A stretch of DNA of 63,802 nt, counting the filler, from Lama guanicoe (taxonomy: Eukaryota): NCBI GenBank assembly GCA_013239625.1. It is 99 parts of 99 records of this genome, joined end to end, with 100 filler letters (N's around TTAATTAATTAA, not from the genome) between each part and the next. Parts side by side here need not be neighbours in the genome. Positions count along the whole stretch, not along the records: positions 12,112 to 12,694 come from PNXV01027555.1; positions 12,795 to 13,229 come from PNXV01027556.1; positions 13,330 to 14,145 come from PNXV01027557.1; positions 14,246 to 14,938 come from PNXV01027558.1; positions 15,039 to 15,478 come from PNXV01027559.1; positions 15,579 to 15,965 come from PNXV01027560.1; positions 16,066 to 16,559 come from PNXV01027561.1; positions 16,660 to 17,558 come from PNXV01027562.1; 91 more parts are not named here. The stretch is one strand, 5' to 3'. The translations under genes were made by a program, and so were the position numbers. The notes beneath the pieces are model-generated. The model saw nothing but the letters and a program-made list of their open reading frames with translations. It was not told the DNA's origin and searched no databases. Shown here piece after piece: positions 12,012-24,795 of the stretch; the stretch's first letter is position 1; every line of letters begins with the position of its first letter.

Positions 12012-13329
12012 NNNNNNNNNNNNNNNNNNNNNNNNNNNNNNNNNNNNNNNNNNNNTTAATTAATTAANNNNNNNNNNNNNNNNNNNNNNNNNNNNNNNNN
12101 NNNNNNNNNNNCCCTACTTGAGACAAATGGGACTGTGTCACTCCCGCGCTTTTTGGACTCATTTCCGACCCACTCTTCTTAGAGAAACTCCAAGTTCTTC
12201 ACCAGGTGAAAGTCTTTGCCATGAAATTGTCACCTCAGGGAGGGCAGGACCCGCCCTCTCCCCTCGGCCCCGCCCTCTGGCAGAGCATCCACTTGGGAGG
12301 ACCTACTGAGCTACACCAGCCTGTATTCTAAACCTGGTCTGAGTTCTTAGCAAACTCCTTCACTTATCCATACAATTCCACAGTAAATTAGAAAGATTTT
12401 AGATGTTGAGCTAGACTATTGATTTTGGGATTTTGCACTAGCAACCTGCAAGGACATGTTCTAAAGATTCTGTCTTCTTAAAACCACACCCAGGTTAAAG
12501 GAGTATTTGTGGAATGTCTTCGGAGGAAAAGGGACTGTACTTTTACAGGCTTTATGTTTTATAACATGAACAACCCGGACAGGGTCACAAATGGAACCAC
12601 CTCGCAAGTGACAGAAAACAGGTGAGAGGCACAAAGCAACAGGTCGCAAAGATGATTCTCCAACCCCCCCAAAAAATTCCTGAAACAACCAAAANNNNNN
12701 NNNNNNNNNNNNNNNNNNNNNNNNNNNNNNNNNNNNNNTTAATTAATTAANNNNNNNNNNNNNNNNNNNNNNNNNNNNNNNNNNNNNNNNNNNNCAGCAT
12801 TAATAATAACAACAACAATCTGGGGGCAGCACATCATTTGGTACTTTAACACACACGAAAAAATCCTTGGAAAAAAGTTATTTTTCTAATTAAGTAAAAT
12901 AAAGTTCATTGAAAGGAAAAGTTGTACGCTTTTGGAGAAATTGATAGGACATTTAGAACTTTATAGTCTCATTAAAATACCATTTAAATAATTCAGCCTC
13001 CCCCTACCCTGGAAAACGGGATGGAGTAACAGCTACTCTAGTGAGATTTTTCAGATTTATTCATTTTCCTATTATCTAAATAATCCCTAATGAATTAGAA
13101 AATTCAATCCATTTCTGAGAGTAGGCAGTCTGTTTATCTGTATTCAACGCTGGAGTGAAACTTATTTATGTGTTCTTTTTGTTCACGGGAGATAGAATTT
13201 CCAAGTGTTTTTTGAATTCTTTTTGTTCCNNNNNNNNNNNNNNNNNNNNNNNNNNNNNNNNNNNNNNNNNNNNTTAATTAATTAANNNNNNNNNNNNNNN
13301 NNNNNNNNNNNNNNNNNNNNNNNNNNNNN

Positions 13330-14145
13330 TTCCAAATAAGACCTAATAGATGGCCAGTAAGCACAAAAATATTCACAATATGACTAATTGTCTGGAAAAT
13401 GCAAATCAAAACCACAATGAGATACCACCTCACTCCTTTCAGAATGGCTATTATCAAAAAGACAGAAAATAGCAAGTGCTGGGGATGATGCGGAGAAAAG
13501 GGAGCCTCGGGCACTGTTACTGGGAATGTATATTGGGGCAGCCACTGAAGGAAACAGGGTGGATATTCCTCCAAAAATTAAAAATAGAGCTACCATATGA
13601 CCCATCAAATCCACTCCTGGGTATTTAGCTGAAGAAAATGAAAATACTAATTGAAAAAGATACATGGACCCCTTTGTTCATTATAGCATTATTTACAATT
13701 GCCAAGATATGGAAGCCTTTTCAATGTCCATCAATTGATGAATGGATAAAGAAGCTGTGCTGTATGTGTGTGTTTGTGTTTATATACAATGGACTATTAC
13801 TTAGCTACAAAAAATGAAATCTTGACATTTGCAACAACATGGATGTATCTACAGGGTGTTAATCTAGTTAAATATGTCAGATAGAGAAAGAAAAATGATT
13901 TTATTTATATGTGACATTTAAAAAGGACTGCAAATAAACATAACTAAACAGAACAGAGTTAGTTCTAGATACATAGAAGAAACAAGTGGTTGCCAGAGGG
14001 GAGAGGGGTGGAGGGAGGAGAGAAATAGGTGAGGGAGATAAAGAGGTACAAACTTCTAGTTGCAAAATAAATGAATCATGGATGTGAAATTTGCACTGTG
14101 GGGGATATAGTCAATAAATGTGGAATATCTTAGTATGGCAACAGA
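13330..14145 (+). mobile_element. L1 ORF2 end and 3'UTR
   Basis: AAATGCAAATCAAAACCACAATGAGATACCACCTCAC; GGTTGCCAGAGGGGAGAGGG. Confidence 0.92.
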
Positions 14146-15225
14146 NNNNNNNNNNNNNNNNNNNNNNNNNNNNNNNNNNNNNNNNNNNNTTAATTAATTA
14201 ANNNNNNNNNNNNNNNNNNNNNNNNNNNNNNNNNNNNNNNNNNNNATAAATATATAACATATCAGAATTTGTCCAGATTAGTAATCTCAGTAAACATGAC
14301 TAATTTAAACCCACCTGTCATAAAAGACCCTGTAAGTAAAGGTCACGGAGAATGAGACACCAGGAAAAGTCCCACTGGACGGAGGTGACCAGCCCAGCAC
14401 CCCACTGCCTCCGGGGCCGGAGACAAATCCCTCAGCAGAGTCCTCCCTGATGCATGAGCCACAGACTCGCGAGCAGAGCGATGGTGCTGGGGCTGTATTT
14501 AGCAACTACATTTTGGGAATGGGGTTACACTTGATAACTAAAAACAGCACACATGTTCATTCCTGCTCCAGTATCATGGTGGTGGACTCCCCTGTGGCGA
14601 AATCCACTCACCAGTCAGGTTACTTTGGACTTGGGTAACACAAAGTCTCAAACTGGTTTCTGTCAGGAAGGTGAATGATGATCCCGTGTGGAGTCTGAAG
14701 GCAGAGCCGGGCTGGGGGAGGCCTGTGACACCCCGCGGCCGCAGATCCTGGCACCCCCTCGGCTCTGCACACCCGGCTCAGCGTCCCCAGCGTGAGCTCC
14801 AGCCCCGGTTCGGTTCCCCTTGAAGCTGCGAGGGGACTGCTGGTGGCAGCTTGGGGCTTTGTGCTTCCTTGTTAGTTAGCAGGAGAGGGAGTCACACCGT
14901 GAAAACTCCTTCCCTTTGTCTCGTTAGCTCAGCTGCAGNNNNNNNNNNNNNNNNNNNNNNNNNNNNNNNNNNNNNNNNNNNNTTAATTAATTAANNNNNN
15001 NNNNNNNNNNNNNNNNNNNNNNNNNNNNNNNNNNNNNNCTAGCTAGTTTCTTCAAAGATCTATCATACTTTCTATAGCTTTCTTGATGTGTGGTCAGCTA
15101 AATAACTGAGTATTTCCAGAGCCAAAATGTTTTTCACCTAATCTTTTACCTATGTGTTAACTCTGCTAGTGTATTATGATTATACTGAGCAGAAGCTGTT
15201 AGATGTATCTTATGGTACACACTAA

Positions 15226-15478
15226 TGTTACCAAGTCCAAACTCATTCTGCTCACCACACAACAGGCCAATAAATTGGGAGACAAGGTGTCCGGGCAAGG
15301 AGTAGCAACTTTATTTGGAAAGCTGACAGACCCAAAAGATGATAGGCTAATGTCTTGGAAAATCATCTTACTCAAGTTAAAACTTACCAAAAAGGGGAGA
15401 GGGTGTGGTTGGTTGTTGCATACTTCTTGGTGCAGGAATTCTTGTAGCTGTCCACATGGATTAGAAAACAAATGCTAT
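15226..15478 (-). mobile_element. ERV LTR 3' (R/U5) fragment
   Basis: Terminus TGTTACCAAGTCC; TTTATT (minus-strand AATAAA) at ~15310. Confidence 0.6.
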
Positions 15479-15578
15479 NNNNNNNNNNNNNNNNNNNNNN
15501 NNNNNNNNNNNNNNNNNNNNNNTTAATTAATTAANNNNNNNNNNNNNNNNNNNNNNNNNNNNNNNNNNNNNNNNNNNN

Positions 15579-15965
15579 CGAGAAATACTTTCCCTGACCT
15601 TGTGGAGGCAGCCTCTGTCACTGGGATATTCTGGAATCCCCCCTGCACTCCCTGGCACAGAGAAATTAGGAAAAACCTCAGGGGAGACGACCTTAGGCAT
15701 TCCGTTATAACCCACGCGCTGCCGACCGTTGGTGGAAACTCCCCACGCTCAGGATTCCAGAACAATTGTCAGTGCGTGGGGGAGCTCCACAGAAAACTCC
15801 ACGCAGCTCTCTACAGTCACAGGTGTTCCGTATTCGGGGAAGTCCGAGAAATACCTTCCCTGACCTTGGGGAGACAGTCTCTGTCACTGGGAAACCCTGC
15901 AAACCCCCCTAGCATACCCTGGCACTGAGACATTAGGAAAATTCTCAGGGGAGACGAGCTTAAGC
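15579..15965 (+). repeat. 267-bp GC-rich satellite (subtype 2)
   Basis: TTCGGGGAAGTCCGAGAAATACC; CTCAGGGGAGACG. Confidence 0.93.
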
Positions 15966-17319
15966 NNNNNNNNNNNNNNNNNNNNNNNNNNNNNNNNNNN
16001 NNNNNNNNNTTAATTAATTAANNNNNNNNNNNNNNNNNNNNNNNNNNNNNNNNNNNNNNNNNNNNCAAGGGAAATGAAGAGGACTTTTCTCAACACTTCT
16101 ATGATGACACCCTCTCACCCACAATACTCATGTTCAAGAGCTTTGGATCCAAGTGATTTTGTTCCCCTTACGCTAAGTGGCTCAAAACACTGCGGGATTC
16201 TTTCTCTTTTGAGGGTATTTGTACTCAGTTTCTCGGCTTTAATCTGTTTTTGTCTCTCTCTTCAGTATCCCTAGCAGTTGCCACCTCTTACTCCCTTCAG
16301 CAGCCTCCCTCCCAACATCGAGTCTAGGAAATCAGCTGTGATGAGGGGCCCGGGGTCAGTCACAGATGATACAACTAAGGCACAGAGAGGCTATAAAATT
16401 TGCCCAAGAAGATCAGCTTCAACCCCAAACAGTGTGTGTCAAGGCCCTCTGTTTAACTCTTATGCTAAGGAAGCTAACTTTTTGTAGATTATGATTATAA
16501 ACAGATGAGGAATCAAAATACATGCAAGGACACACATCAACTCTAAGATGTTCATTAACNNNNNNNNNNNNNNNNNNNNNNNNNNNNNNNNNNNNNNNNN
16601 NNNTTAATTAATTAANNNNNNNNNNNNNNNNNNNNNNNNNNNNNNNNNNNNNNNNNNNNTCTACCGGTGGCTTTGTGACCAGGCAAGTCCTTTACTGCTA
16701 AGGCAATCATCCAGTCTTCCTCGTTACCTCCAGACAGACTGAAAAGGGGTTTCTAGAGGAGGGTCCATGTCGGTGTTTTTAAAGATCCCAGAGGAGATTC
16801 CAGTCCTTGGGAAGGGTTGAGAATCAATGGAAGCCTGGGGGAACCTGAGAGCCTTGGGTGCTGAGATAGAAGGGGAAGCCCCAAGGGGGTAGAGGGTGAA
16901 GATGGGGTAGCTGCAGAGATGAAGGCAAACTTGGCCGAGCTGTAACTGTGCCCTGGATGGGGGTTAGGGAGTGAGTCTGTCACAGCTTCTAGAAGAAGAG
17001 TGTGCACCTGCTCAGCCCACTCCCCCGCCACCTTGTCCCAACAGGGGCCCTTTCCCACCTGCTATCGCTCAGCCCTCACCTTGGCCCCAGGGGGCTCCGG
17101 GCTCACTGGACCCTGGGCCCTGCCTCTCTCACTGCCCATGTGAGGCCCAGGCAGCTCTTGCCTTCTGCACGAAGCTCCCCTGCACTTGGGCCCCGTGATC
17201 TCCCTAGAGGCCGAACTCCTTCAGCCTGAGTTGACACCTTAACCATCCTATATCCTCACCCACACGCATCCTGTCTCACGCATGTTTTCTGCCCTGGAGA
17301 GCTGGGCAGAGTCCTAGAG

Positions 17320-17535
17320 TGCAAAGAGCATGGGCTTTGGAGGCCCCACACCTGCAAGAGTTGTCATTTACTGGCAACATAACTTTGAGTAACGATTAAC
17401 CTGGTGGCCCAGCTTCCATTTCCTCTTCCCTGTAACGAGAATAATAATATCTTCCTCTTAGGGTTGCTGTGAAAATAAGATTAGGCACTGTGTAGAATGT
17501 CCTTGGCATTATAGTAGGTGACCAATAAATTCATG
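17320..17535. mobile_element. MIR SINE remnant
   Basis: AAGAGCATGGGCTTTGGAG...CTGTAA..GAGAATAATAATA..CTCTTAGGGTTGCTGTGA. Confidence 0.65.
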
Positions 17536-17658
17536 TTGATTAACCAAGCAACTGGATANNNNNNNNNNNNNNNNNNNNNNNNNNNNNNNNNNNNNNNNNN
17601 NNTTAATTAATTAANNNNNNNNNNNNNNNNNNNNNNNNNNNNNNNNNNNNNNNNNNNN

Positions 17659-17800
17659 GACCCAATAAATCATGGCTTTGTAATAAAGCCTCCAGTAAAA
17701 ACTTGGGACAATGAAGCTCAGGGCTCCTGTGAGCTTCCTGGTTGGTAACACTCTTGGAGGACTGTCACTTTCAGATGCCATGAGGACAACCCTGAGCCCT
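17659..17800 (+). mobile_element. MER21-like LTR fragment
   Basis: GTAATAAAGCCTCCAGTAAAAACT..GTGAGCTTCCTGGTTGGTAACAC. Confidence 0.5.
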
Positions 17801-17831
17801 TCCCACTGGAGTGCTCTCCACAACAGCTCAC

Positions 17832-17947
17832 CTGATGAGATCTAAGGGCTGCTGCTTGTCTGTGCTTCGAGGAGGATCCCAATTCCCTGTACAGAAGGCC
17901 CTGATCTCTGGGGCAGCTGAAGTCCTCTGACGGAGGCTGAAGTGGCA
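17832..17947 (-). other. Candidate 116-nt internal exon, product unknown
   Basis: Minus strand TTTGCTTCTGATTCCCAG|TGCCAC...CATCAG|GTGAGC; two frames open. Confidence 0.4.
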
Positions 17948-18171
17948 CTGGGAATCAGAAGCAAACAGGTGAGCGTCACTGTCACAATGTGTTCACATGT
18001 TCAGTTGATAAAATTTGGTGCCAACACTTCGTGTTCATTTGTAAATATGGGGCCCTCACTTGCCAGGAGGGNNNNNNNNNNNNNNNNNNNNNNNNNNNNN
18101 NNNNNNNNNNNNNNNTTAATTAATTAANNNNNNNNNNNNNNNNNNNNNNNNNNNNNNNNNNNNNNNNNNNN

Positions 18172-19148
18172 ATTTGTTGCTTTTCTCTTGATAATTTTAA
18201 TATTTTCTCCTCCTTAATTTCTGTCAATTTGATTAACTGTGTGCCTCAGTGTGTTCCTCTTTGGGTGGATCCTGTGTGGAACTCTATGCACTTCCTGGAC
18301 TTGGGTGACTGTTTCCTTTTGTTAGGAAAGTTTTCAGTTATTATCTCTTTGAATATTTTCTCAGGTCCTTTCTCTCTCTCTTCACTTTCTGGGACCCCTA
18401 TAATGTGAATATTAGTGTGCTTCCTGTTGTCCCAGAGTTCTCTTAAACTAGCCTCATTTCTTTTCATTCTTTTTTCTTTTTTCTGTTCTGCCATAGTGAT
18501 TTTCATTAATCTGTCTTCTGGCTCACTAATCCGTTCTTCTGCCTCATTTGGTCTATTCCTGGTTCCTTCTACTGTATTATTAAATTTCAGTAATTATATT
18601 CTTCAACTCTGTTTGAGTTTTCTTTATGTTTTCTCTTTGCTAAAAGCTTCCCCCTGTGCATCTGTACTTCTTCTGAGTTCTCTGTACATCTTCACCATAA
18701 TTACTCTAAACTCTTTCTCAGATAAGTTGCCTGTCTCCGCTTGACTTATTTCTTCTTCTGGAATTTTATCTTGTGCCTTGGCCTAGAATATATTCCTCTG
18801 CTGCCTCATATTGTCTTGATTTCTATTTGTATTTTTACGTAGCTTAGTTATGTTTCTAGACCTTGGAGGAGTGGCCCTCTGTGGGAGACGTCCTATGTGT
18901 CCCAGCAGTACACTCCTCTCTTGTCACCTAAGGGCCAAGGTCCAGGTGGTCCCAGGGTAGAGTGTGGCCTGCATTTGTGGACTCATTCCACAGGCTGTGG
19001 GATTATTGTTTTCTTACTTCTGGTACCTGCCCCTGGTGGATGAGGCTGGACTAGAGGCTTATGCAGGTTTCCTGGCAGGAGCTGCTGGTGCCTGCCCATT
19101 GCTGGGTGAAACTAGGTCCTGGATCTCTGGTGGGTAGGGCTGTGTCTA
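18172..19148 (-). mobile_element. L1 5' region and ORF1 fragment
   Basis: EQKKEKRMKRNEASLRELWDNRKHTNIHIIGVPESEEREKGPEKIFKEIITENFPN is L1 ORF1p. Confidence 0.93.
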
Positions 19149-19248
19149 NNNNNNNNNNNNNNNNNNNNNNNNNNNNNNNNNNNNNNNNNNNNTTAATTAA
19201 TTAANNNNNNNNNNNNNNNNNNNNNNNNNNNNNNNNNNNNNNNNNNNN

Positions 19249-19768
19249 GTATTCTGTATTCTATATTCTAAATTCTGTGTTCTGCGTTCCATGTTCTCAA
19301 TTCTCTTTTCTGTATTCTATATTCTGTGTTCCTCTTTCATATTCTAAATTCTGTATTCACTATTTTGTATTCTATATTGTAAATTCTATTCTCTGCATTC
19401 CATTTCTCAATTCTGGGTTCTACATTCTCTTTTATATATTCTATATTCTGTGTTCTTCATTCTAGATTCTACATTCTAAATTCTGCATTCCGTATTCTAT
19501 ATTCTAATTTCTGTGTTCTGCATTCCATGTTCTAAATTCTGGGTTCTGTATTGTGTTTTCCATAATATATTTTCTGTTTGCTACATTCTATATACTGATT
19601 TCTATATTCTGAATTCCGTTATCTATATTCTATATACTGTGTTCTACATTTCTATTCTAAATTACATATTAAGTATTCTGTATTCTATATTGTAAATTCT
19701 GTGTACAGCATTCCTTGTACCAAATTCTGTGTTCTATATTCTCTATGTTATATTCTATATTTTGTGTT
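19249..19768. repeat. AT-rich heptamer satellite
   Basis: (TATTCTA/G)-type periodicity. Confidence 0.92.
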
Positions 19769-19868
19769 NNNNNNNNNNNNNNNNNNNNNNNNNNNNNNNN
19801 NNNNNNNNNNNNTTAATTAATTAANNNNNNNNNNNNNNNNNNNNNNNNNNNNNNNNNNNNNNNNNNNN

Positions 19869-20070
19869 AATGTCTCTGTGCCAGGGAATGCTAGGGAGGT
19901 TTGCAGGATATCCCAGTAACATACGCTGCCTCCCCAAGTTCAGGGAAGCTATTTCCAGGACTTCCCCGAACAGGGAACTCCTGTGAATGAAGAGAGCTGC
20001 GTGGAAATGTCTCTCGAGCTCCCCCACGCACTGATAATGGTTCCGGAATCCTGAGTGTGGGGAGGTTCCA
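19869..20070 (-). repeat. 267-bp GC-rich satellite, partial monomer
   Basis: Reverse complement of monomer. Confidence 0.9.
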
Positions 20071-20170
20071 NNNNNNNNNNNNNNNNNNNNNNNNNNNNNN
20101 NNNNNNNNNNNNNNTTAATTAATTAANNNNNNNNNNNNNNNNNNNNNNNNNNNNNNNNNNNNNNNNNNNN

Positions 20171-20615
20171 AATGTTTACAAATCTCTCCTCCTCTCTCCG
20201 CATAATTGCTTCTCAATCTGTCCTCTATCCTGTGTCCTCATAAGTATTTCGAAATCTCCCGTCTCCTGTGTCCTGATACCGATTTCCAAATCTCTCCTAT
20301 CTGGTCACAAGGATTCCCAAAACTCTCCTCTCACCTCTCTTCTCTTATCTCTCCCCTCTCCTCACAACTGTTTCCAGATCTCTCATCCTATCTGCACATA
20401 ATCAATTCTAAATCTTTCCTCTAACCTCTCTCTGCCTCATGATTTCCAAATGTCTCCTTTCTCCTCATAAGGATTTCAAAATCTCTCGCCTCTCATCTCT
20501 CCAGTTAATTAATTTGAGATCTCTCCTCCTGCGTCCTCATAATGATATCCAAATCTCTCCTATCTTCTGCTAACGATTTTGGAATCTCTCCTATCTGCTC
20601 ACAAGGATTCCCAAA
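20171..20615. repeat. CT-rich degenerate tandem repeat, unit ~32-36 bp
   Basis: Recurrent GATTTCCAAATCTCTCCT..CTCAT/CAA motif across the whole fragment. Confidence 0.8.
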
Positions 20616-20779
20616 NNNNNNNNNNNNNNNNNNNNNNNNNNNNNNNNNNNNNNNNNNNNTTAATTAATTAANNNNNNNNNNNNNNNNNNNNNNNNNNNNN
20701 NNNNNNNNNNNNNNNTATGTTGTGCTGGCAAATATTAAGTATGTGGTTTCACTCCTCTACCCACAAAAAATCCAAATCT

Positions 20780-20802
20780 TGTGTGTGTGTGTGTGTGTGT
20801 GT
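20780..20802. repeat. (TG)n microsatellite
   Basis: About 11 units. Confidence 0.95.
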
Positions 20803-21627
20803 ACACATACACATTTATCTTACAAACTGTAAAAAGTCAATATATGCAAGGGAACTAAATTACAAATAACATAACACACACTGCATATTGCAGATTCCAA
20901 ATAGCCAAGTGATACTCTTAGAATGGTGTGATGATTTTTGCTAATGTCTTGTAACTGAGGTCAATCTATGATTACAAATGAATAAGGGGTACATTTTGAA
21001 CAGTTAGTTGATACTCCATGTCTGTTTACAAGTAAGAAGGATTAAAAATAATGGAGATATGCAAAAACTTCACATTCACAAATGACGTTGCTTACTTAAT
21101 TGGATAGTANNNNNNNNNNNNNNNNNNNNNNNNNNNNNNNNNNNNNNNNNNNNTTAATTAATTAANNNNNNNNNNNNNNNNNNNNNNNNNNNNNNNNNNN
21201 NNNNNNNNNGTTTCTCAACTCCGATATGTGCTTCTTTTACATGACTTCCTCTCCAGTCATATTTTTGCAACCAAAGTTTCCCTCTACATTGGCTATTCAA
21301 TTATCCCCCAAAACTGCTCTTTGATTTGTCCTGTAATTGCAATGATTGCAGGTATTCTGTTGGAGTTAACTACATTTTACTAATTATATACCTTTGGAAT
21401 AATGCCTTTTGAAAGTGGTTGAAGTGAAACTATTTCCGAGACATGCTCAGGTCACTTGATTAAGGCTCATCTCACTGTCATTTAATACTTTTATTCCTTT
21501 TCATGGAAATTACTTAAGAAAATTTTCNNNNNNNNNNNNNNNNNNNNNNNNNNNNNNNNNNNNNNNNNNNNTTAATTAATTAANNNNNNNNNNNNNNNNN
21601 NNNNNNNNNNNNNNNNNNNNNNNNNNN

Positions 21628-22079
21628 TCTCAAACTGAGCATGTGGAAACACGTTCGTTGATCGAGCAATAAAATAACGGTTTGAAGGGGAAACACTTAC
21701 TCTGGGTTCTCAGTTTGTATCCTAGTGCCAGTTTGATGTTCCTGCAGTTTTCACTGTAAAACTGAGTAGGAGCTTTTACCACCCCTTATATATATATGAA
21801 GTGGTGTTAGCAACGGAAAAGAAACTTTGTGTTCCCTTCAATCTAGGTGAATTACGGCTTTATCAAACACATATCTCTCAGAAATGAGCATGTGGAGAGA
21901 ATTTCGTTGATCCAGCACTAAAACAACGGGTTGATAGGAAATCACTTTCTCTGGGATCTCAGTCGGTGTCCTAGTGATGTTTTGAATTCCTTGCAGCTTT
22001 CACTGTAAAACTGGGTTGGGGCTGAACTTACCAATATATAGTATGTAGTGGGGTTGGAACTGAAATGAAAATATGTGTT
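21628..22079 (-). repeat. ~250-bp satellite, diverged copy
   Basis: CTGAGCATGTGGA..TTCGTTGATC..TACTCTGG..CCTAGTGCC..TTTCACTGTAAAAC twice; matches 61348-62036. Confidence 0.88.
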
Positions 22080-22179
22080 NNNNNNNNNNNNNNNNNNNNN
22101 NNNNNNNNNNNNNNNNNNNNNNNTTAATTAATTAANNNNNNNNNNNNNNNNNNNNNNNNNNNNNNNNNNNNNNNNNNNN

Positions 22180-22828
22180 GTATAACACAGATTATAGAAT
22201 ATGGAAAACAGAATAGAGAACCCACAATGTACAACATGGAATACAGAACACAGAATTTAGAATTTATAATACAGAAAACTGAATATAGAATTTAGAATAT
22301 AGAATACGGAATGCAGAATATAGAATGCAGAATATAGAATGCAGAATATAGAATGCAGAATATAGAATGCAGAATATAGAATGCAGAATATAGAATGCAG
22401 AATATAGAATGCAGAATATAGAATGCAGAATATAGAATGCAGAATATAGAATGCAGAATATAGAATGCAGAATATAGAATGAAGAACACAAATATGCAAT
22501 ATATAAAAGAGAATTTAGAAACCAGAATTTAAAAATGGAATCAGAACCCAGTATTTAGATTATAGAATACATAATACTGAATATGGAATTTAGAATATAG
22601 AATGTAGAAAGCATAATATAGAATAAATAACACGTAATGCAGAATATAGAACTTACAATATAGAATGAAGGACAAAAAATAAAGAAATTAATAGAGAATA
22701 TAGAAACCAGAATTTAGAAGTGGAGTGCAGAACAGAGAATTTAGAATATAGAATACAGAAGACTCAATATAGTTTTTACAAAATAGAATGTAGAACCCAT
22801 AAAATAGAATATAGAATACGGAATGCAG
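22180..22828. repeat. AT-rich heptamer satellite with perfect 14-bp array (GAATGCAGAATATA) x ~12 at ~22309-22481
   Basis: Read directly from the sequence. Confidence 0.95.
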
Positions 22829-22928
22829 NNNNNNNNNNNNNNNNNNNNNNNNNNNNNNNNNNNNNNNNNNNNTTAATTAATTAANNNNNNNNNNNNNNNN
22901 NNNNNNNNNNNNNNNNNNNNNNNNNNNN

Positions 22929-23550
22929 AAGGAGGACATCAAAACCGTAAAGATGGGAGAGGGAAGCAGGAAATCATTGGTGATTGGATGCTCTCTCTTA
23001 AGTGAATCAGCTTATATGACTCTCTGAAGCGAACGGAGAAATTCATGGCCTGATGTGTTTGCAAAACTAACGGGATGTAGACGAACAAAGAATCAAACCA
23101 ACAAACAAGCACCAAAATGGTACGGTTGGCTGACATTTACCAAGGGAACCATGATTTTTCAAAAGTAAATACTCAAGGTGATATCAAGGATCATTCAGCA
23201 CTCATCGACCCAGTGTTGTGGCTTGCATGTACTCTGCACACTTGTATTCTGAAATCAGAGGCGTGCATTTATATTCGTAAATAGTGATTCATAAGAGCAT
23301 ATCGTGACCTAACCCAAATGCCGATTTGAAAGGCAATGGAGTCCTTTTCCGTGATATAGACTTGCAAGTCTTCCAATAGGATGAATGAATGCCATATTCT
23401 ACCCTACGTAGATAAGAAATGGTATAAGCCTATAACAAAGACAAGTAGCTCTGCAATAGGGTAATAAGTGCAAAAGAGACAGACAGTAAAGTGCACATTG
23501 ATGTTGGTTTCATTTCTTGGAATTTCAGCCCCCATGAAACAAATGGATCC
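22929..23550 (+). repeat. Unclassified multi-copy sequence (23147-23550 homologous to 31810-32212)
   Basis: Shared GATTCATAAGAGCATATCGTGACCTAACCCAAATGCCGATTTG and GGAATTTCAGCCCCCATGAAACAAATGGATCC. Confidence 0.88.
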
Positions 23551-23650
23551 NNNNNNNNNNNNNNNNNNNNNNNNNNNNNNNNNNNNNNNNNNNNTTAATT
23601 AATTAANNNNNNNNNNNNNNNNNNNNNNNNNNNNNNNNNNNNNNNNNNNN

Positions 23651-24470
23651 GTGAGGTATCACCTCACACCAGAATGGCCATCATTCAAAAGTCCACAAAC
23701 GATAAATACTTGAAGGGCTGTGGAGAACAGGGAACCCTCCTACACTGCTGATGAGAATGTAGTTTCATGTAGCCATTATGGAAAACAGTGTGGAGATTCC
23801 TCAAAAGACTAGGAATAGACTTACCATATGACCCAGCAATCCCACTTCCGGGCATATATCTGGAGGGAAACTTAATTCAAAAAGACACCTGATAGACTGG
23901 GATTTCAAAATTGTAGAATAGATAAACAAGATTACACTGCATAGCACAGGGAAATATACACAAAATGTTATGATAAAACACAGAGAAAAAAATGTGACAA
24001 TGAGTGTGTATATGTTCATGAATGACTGAAAAATTGTGCTGAACACTGGAATTTGACACAACATTGTAAAATGATTATAAATCAAAAAAAAATGTTAAAA
24101 AAAAAGACACCTGCACCCCAATGTTCATAGCAACACTATTTACAATAGCCACGCCATGGAAACAACCTAAATGTCCATCAACAAATGACTGGATAAAGAT
24201 GTGGTATCTTTATACAATGGAATACTCTTCAGCCATAAAAACTAATAAAATAATGTCATTTGCAGCAACATGGATGGGCCTGGAGATTATCATCTATTCT
24301 AAGTAAAGAAAGCCAGAAAGAGAAAGAAAATATCATATGACATCATCTATATGAGAAATCTAAAAGACTCACAGATTCATAGACATAGAAGGAGACTCAC
24401 AGACATAGAAAACGAACTTACGGCTATCAGAGGGGAAGAGGGTGGGAAGGGATAAATTGGGAGTTGGAGA
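23651..24470 (+). mobile_element. L1 ORF2 end/3'UTR interrupted by nested 209-bp L1 3' tail (23892-24100)
   Basis: [56 protein letters not shown] at 23879-23891 and 24101-24113. Confidence 0.92.
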
Positions 24471-24570
24471 NNNNNNNNNNNNNNNNNNNNNNNNNNNNNN
24501 NNNNNNNNNNNNNNTTAATTAATTAANNNNNNNNNNNNNNNNNNNNNNNNNNNNNNNNNNNNNNNNNNNN

Positions 24571-24795
24571 TTCTGTTCTGCGTTCCATGTTCTAAATTCT
24601 GGGTTCTGCATTCTGTATAGTACATTCTATATTGTGTATTCTGTATTCTACATTCTATATTCTGTGTTCTACATTCTATATTCTACATTCTATATTTTGA
24701 GATCTATACTCTATATTCTAAATTCTATGTTGTGAATTGCATGTTTTAAATTCTGGGATCTGTATTCTGCATTCTCTATTCTATATTCTGTGTTC
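24571..24795. repeat. AT-rich heptamer satellite
   Basis: 7-bp periodicity. Confidence 0.9.

Noticed and set aside
22180..22828. Heat-shock-element array from repeated nGAAn
   Set aside because: GAA units are direct repeats at 7-bp spacing, not the inverted 5-bp arrangement of HSEs
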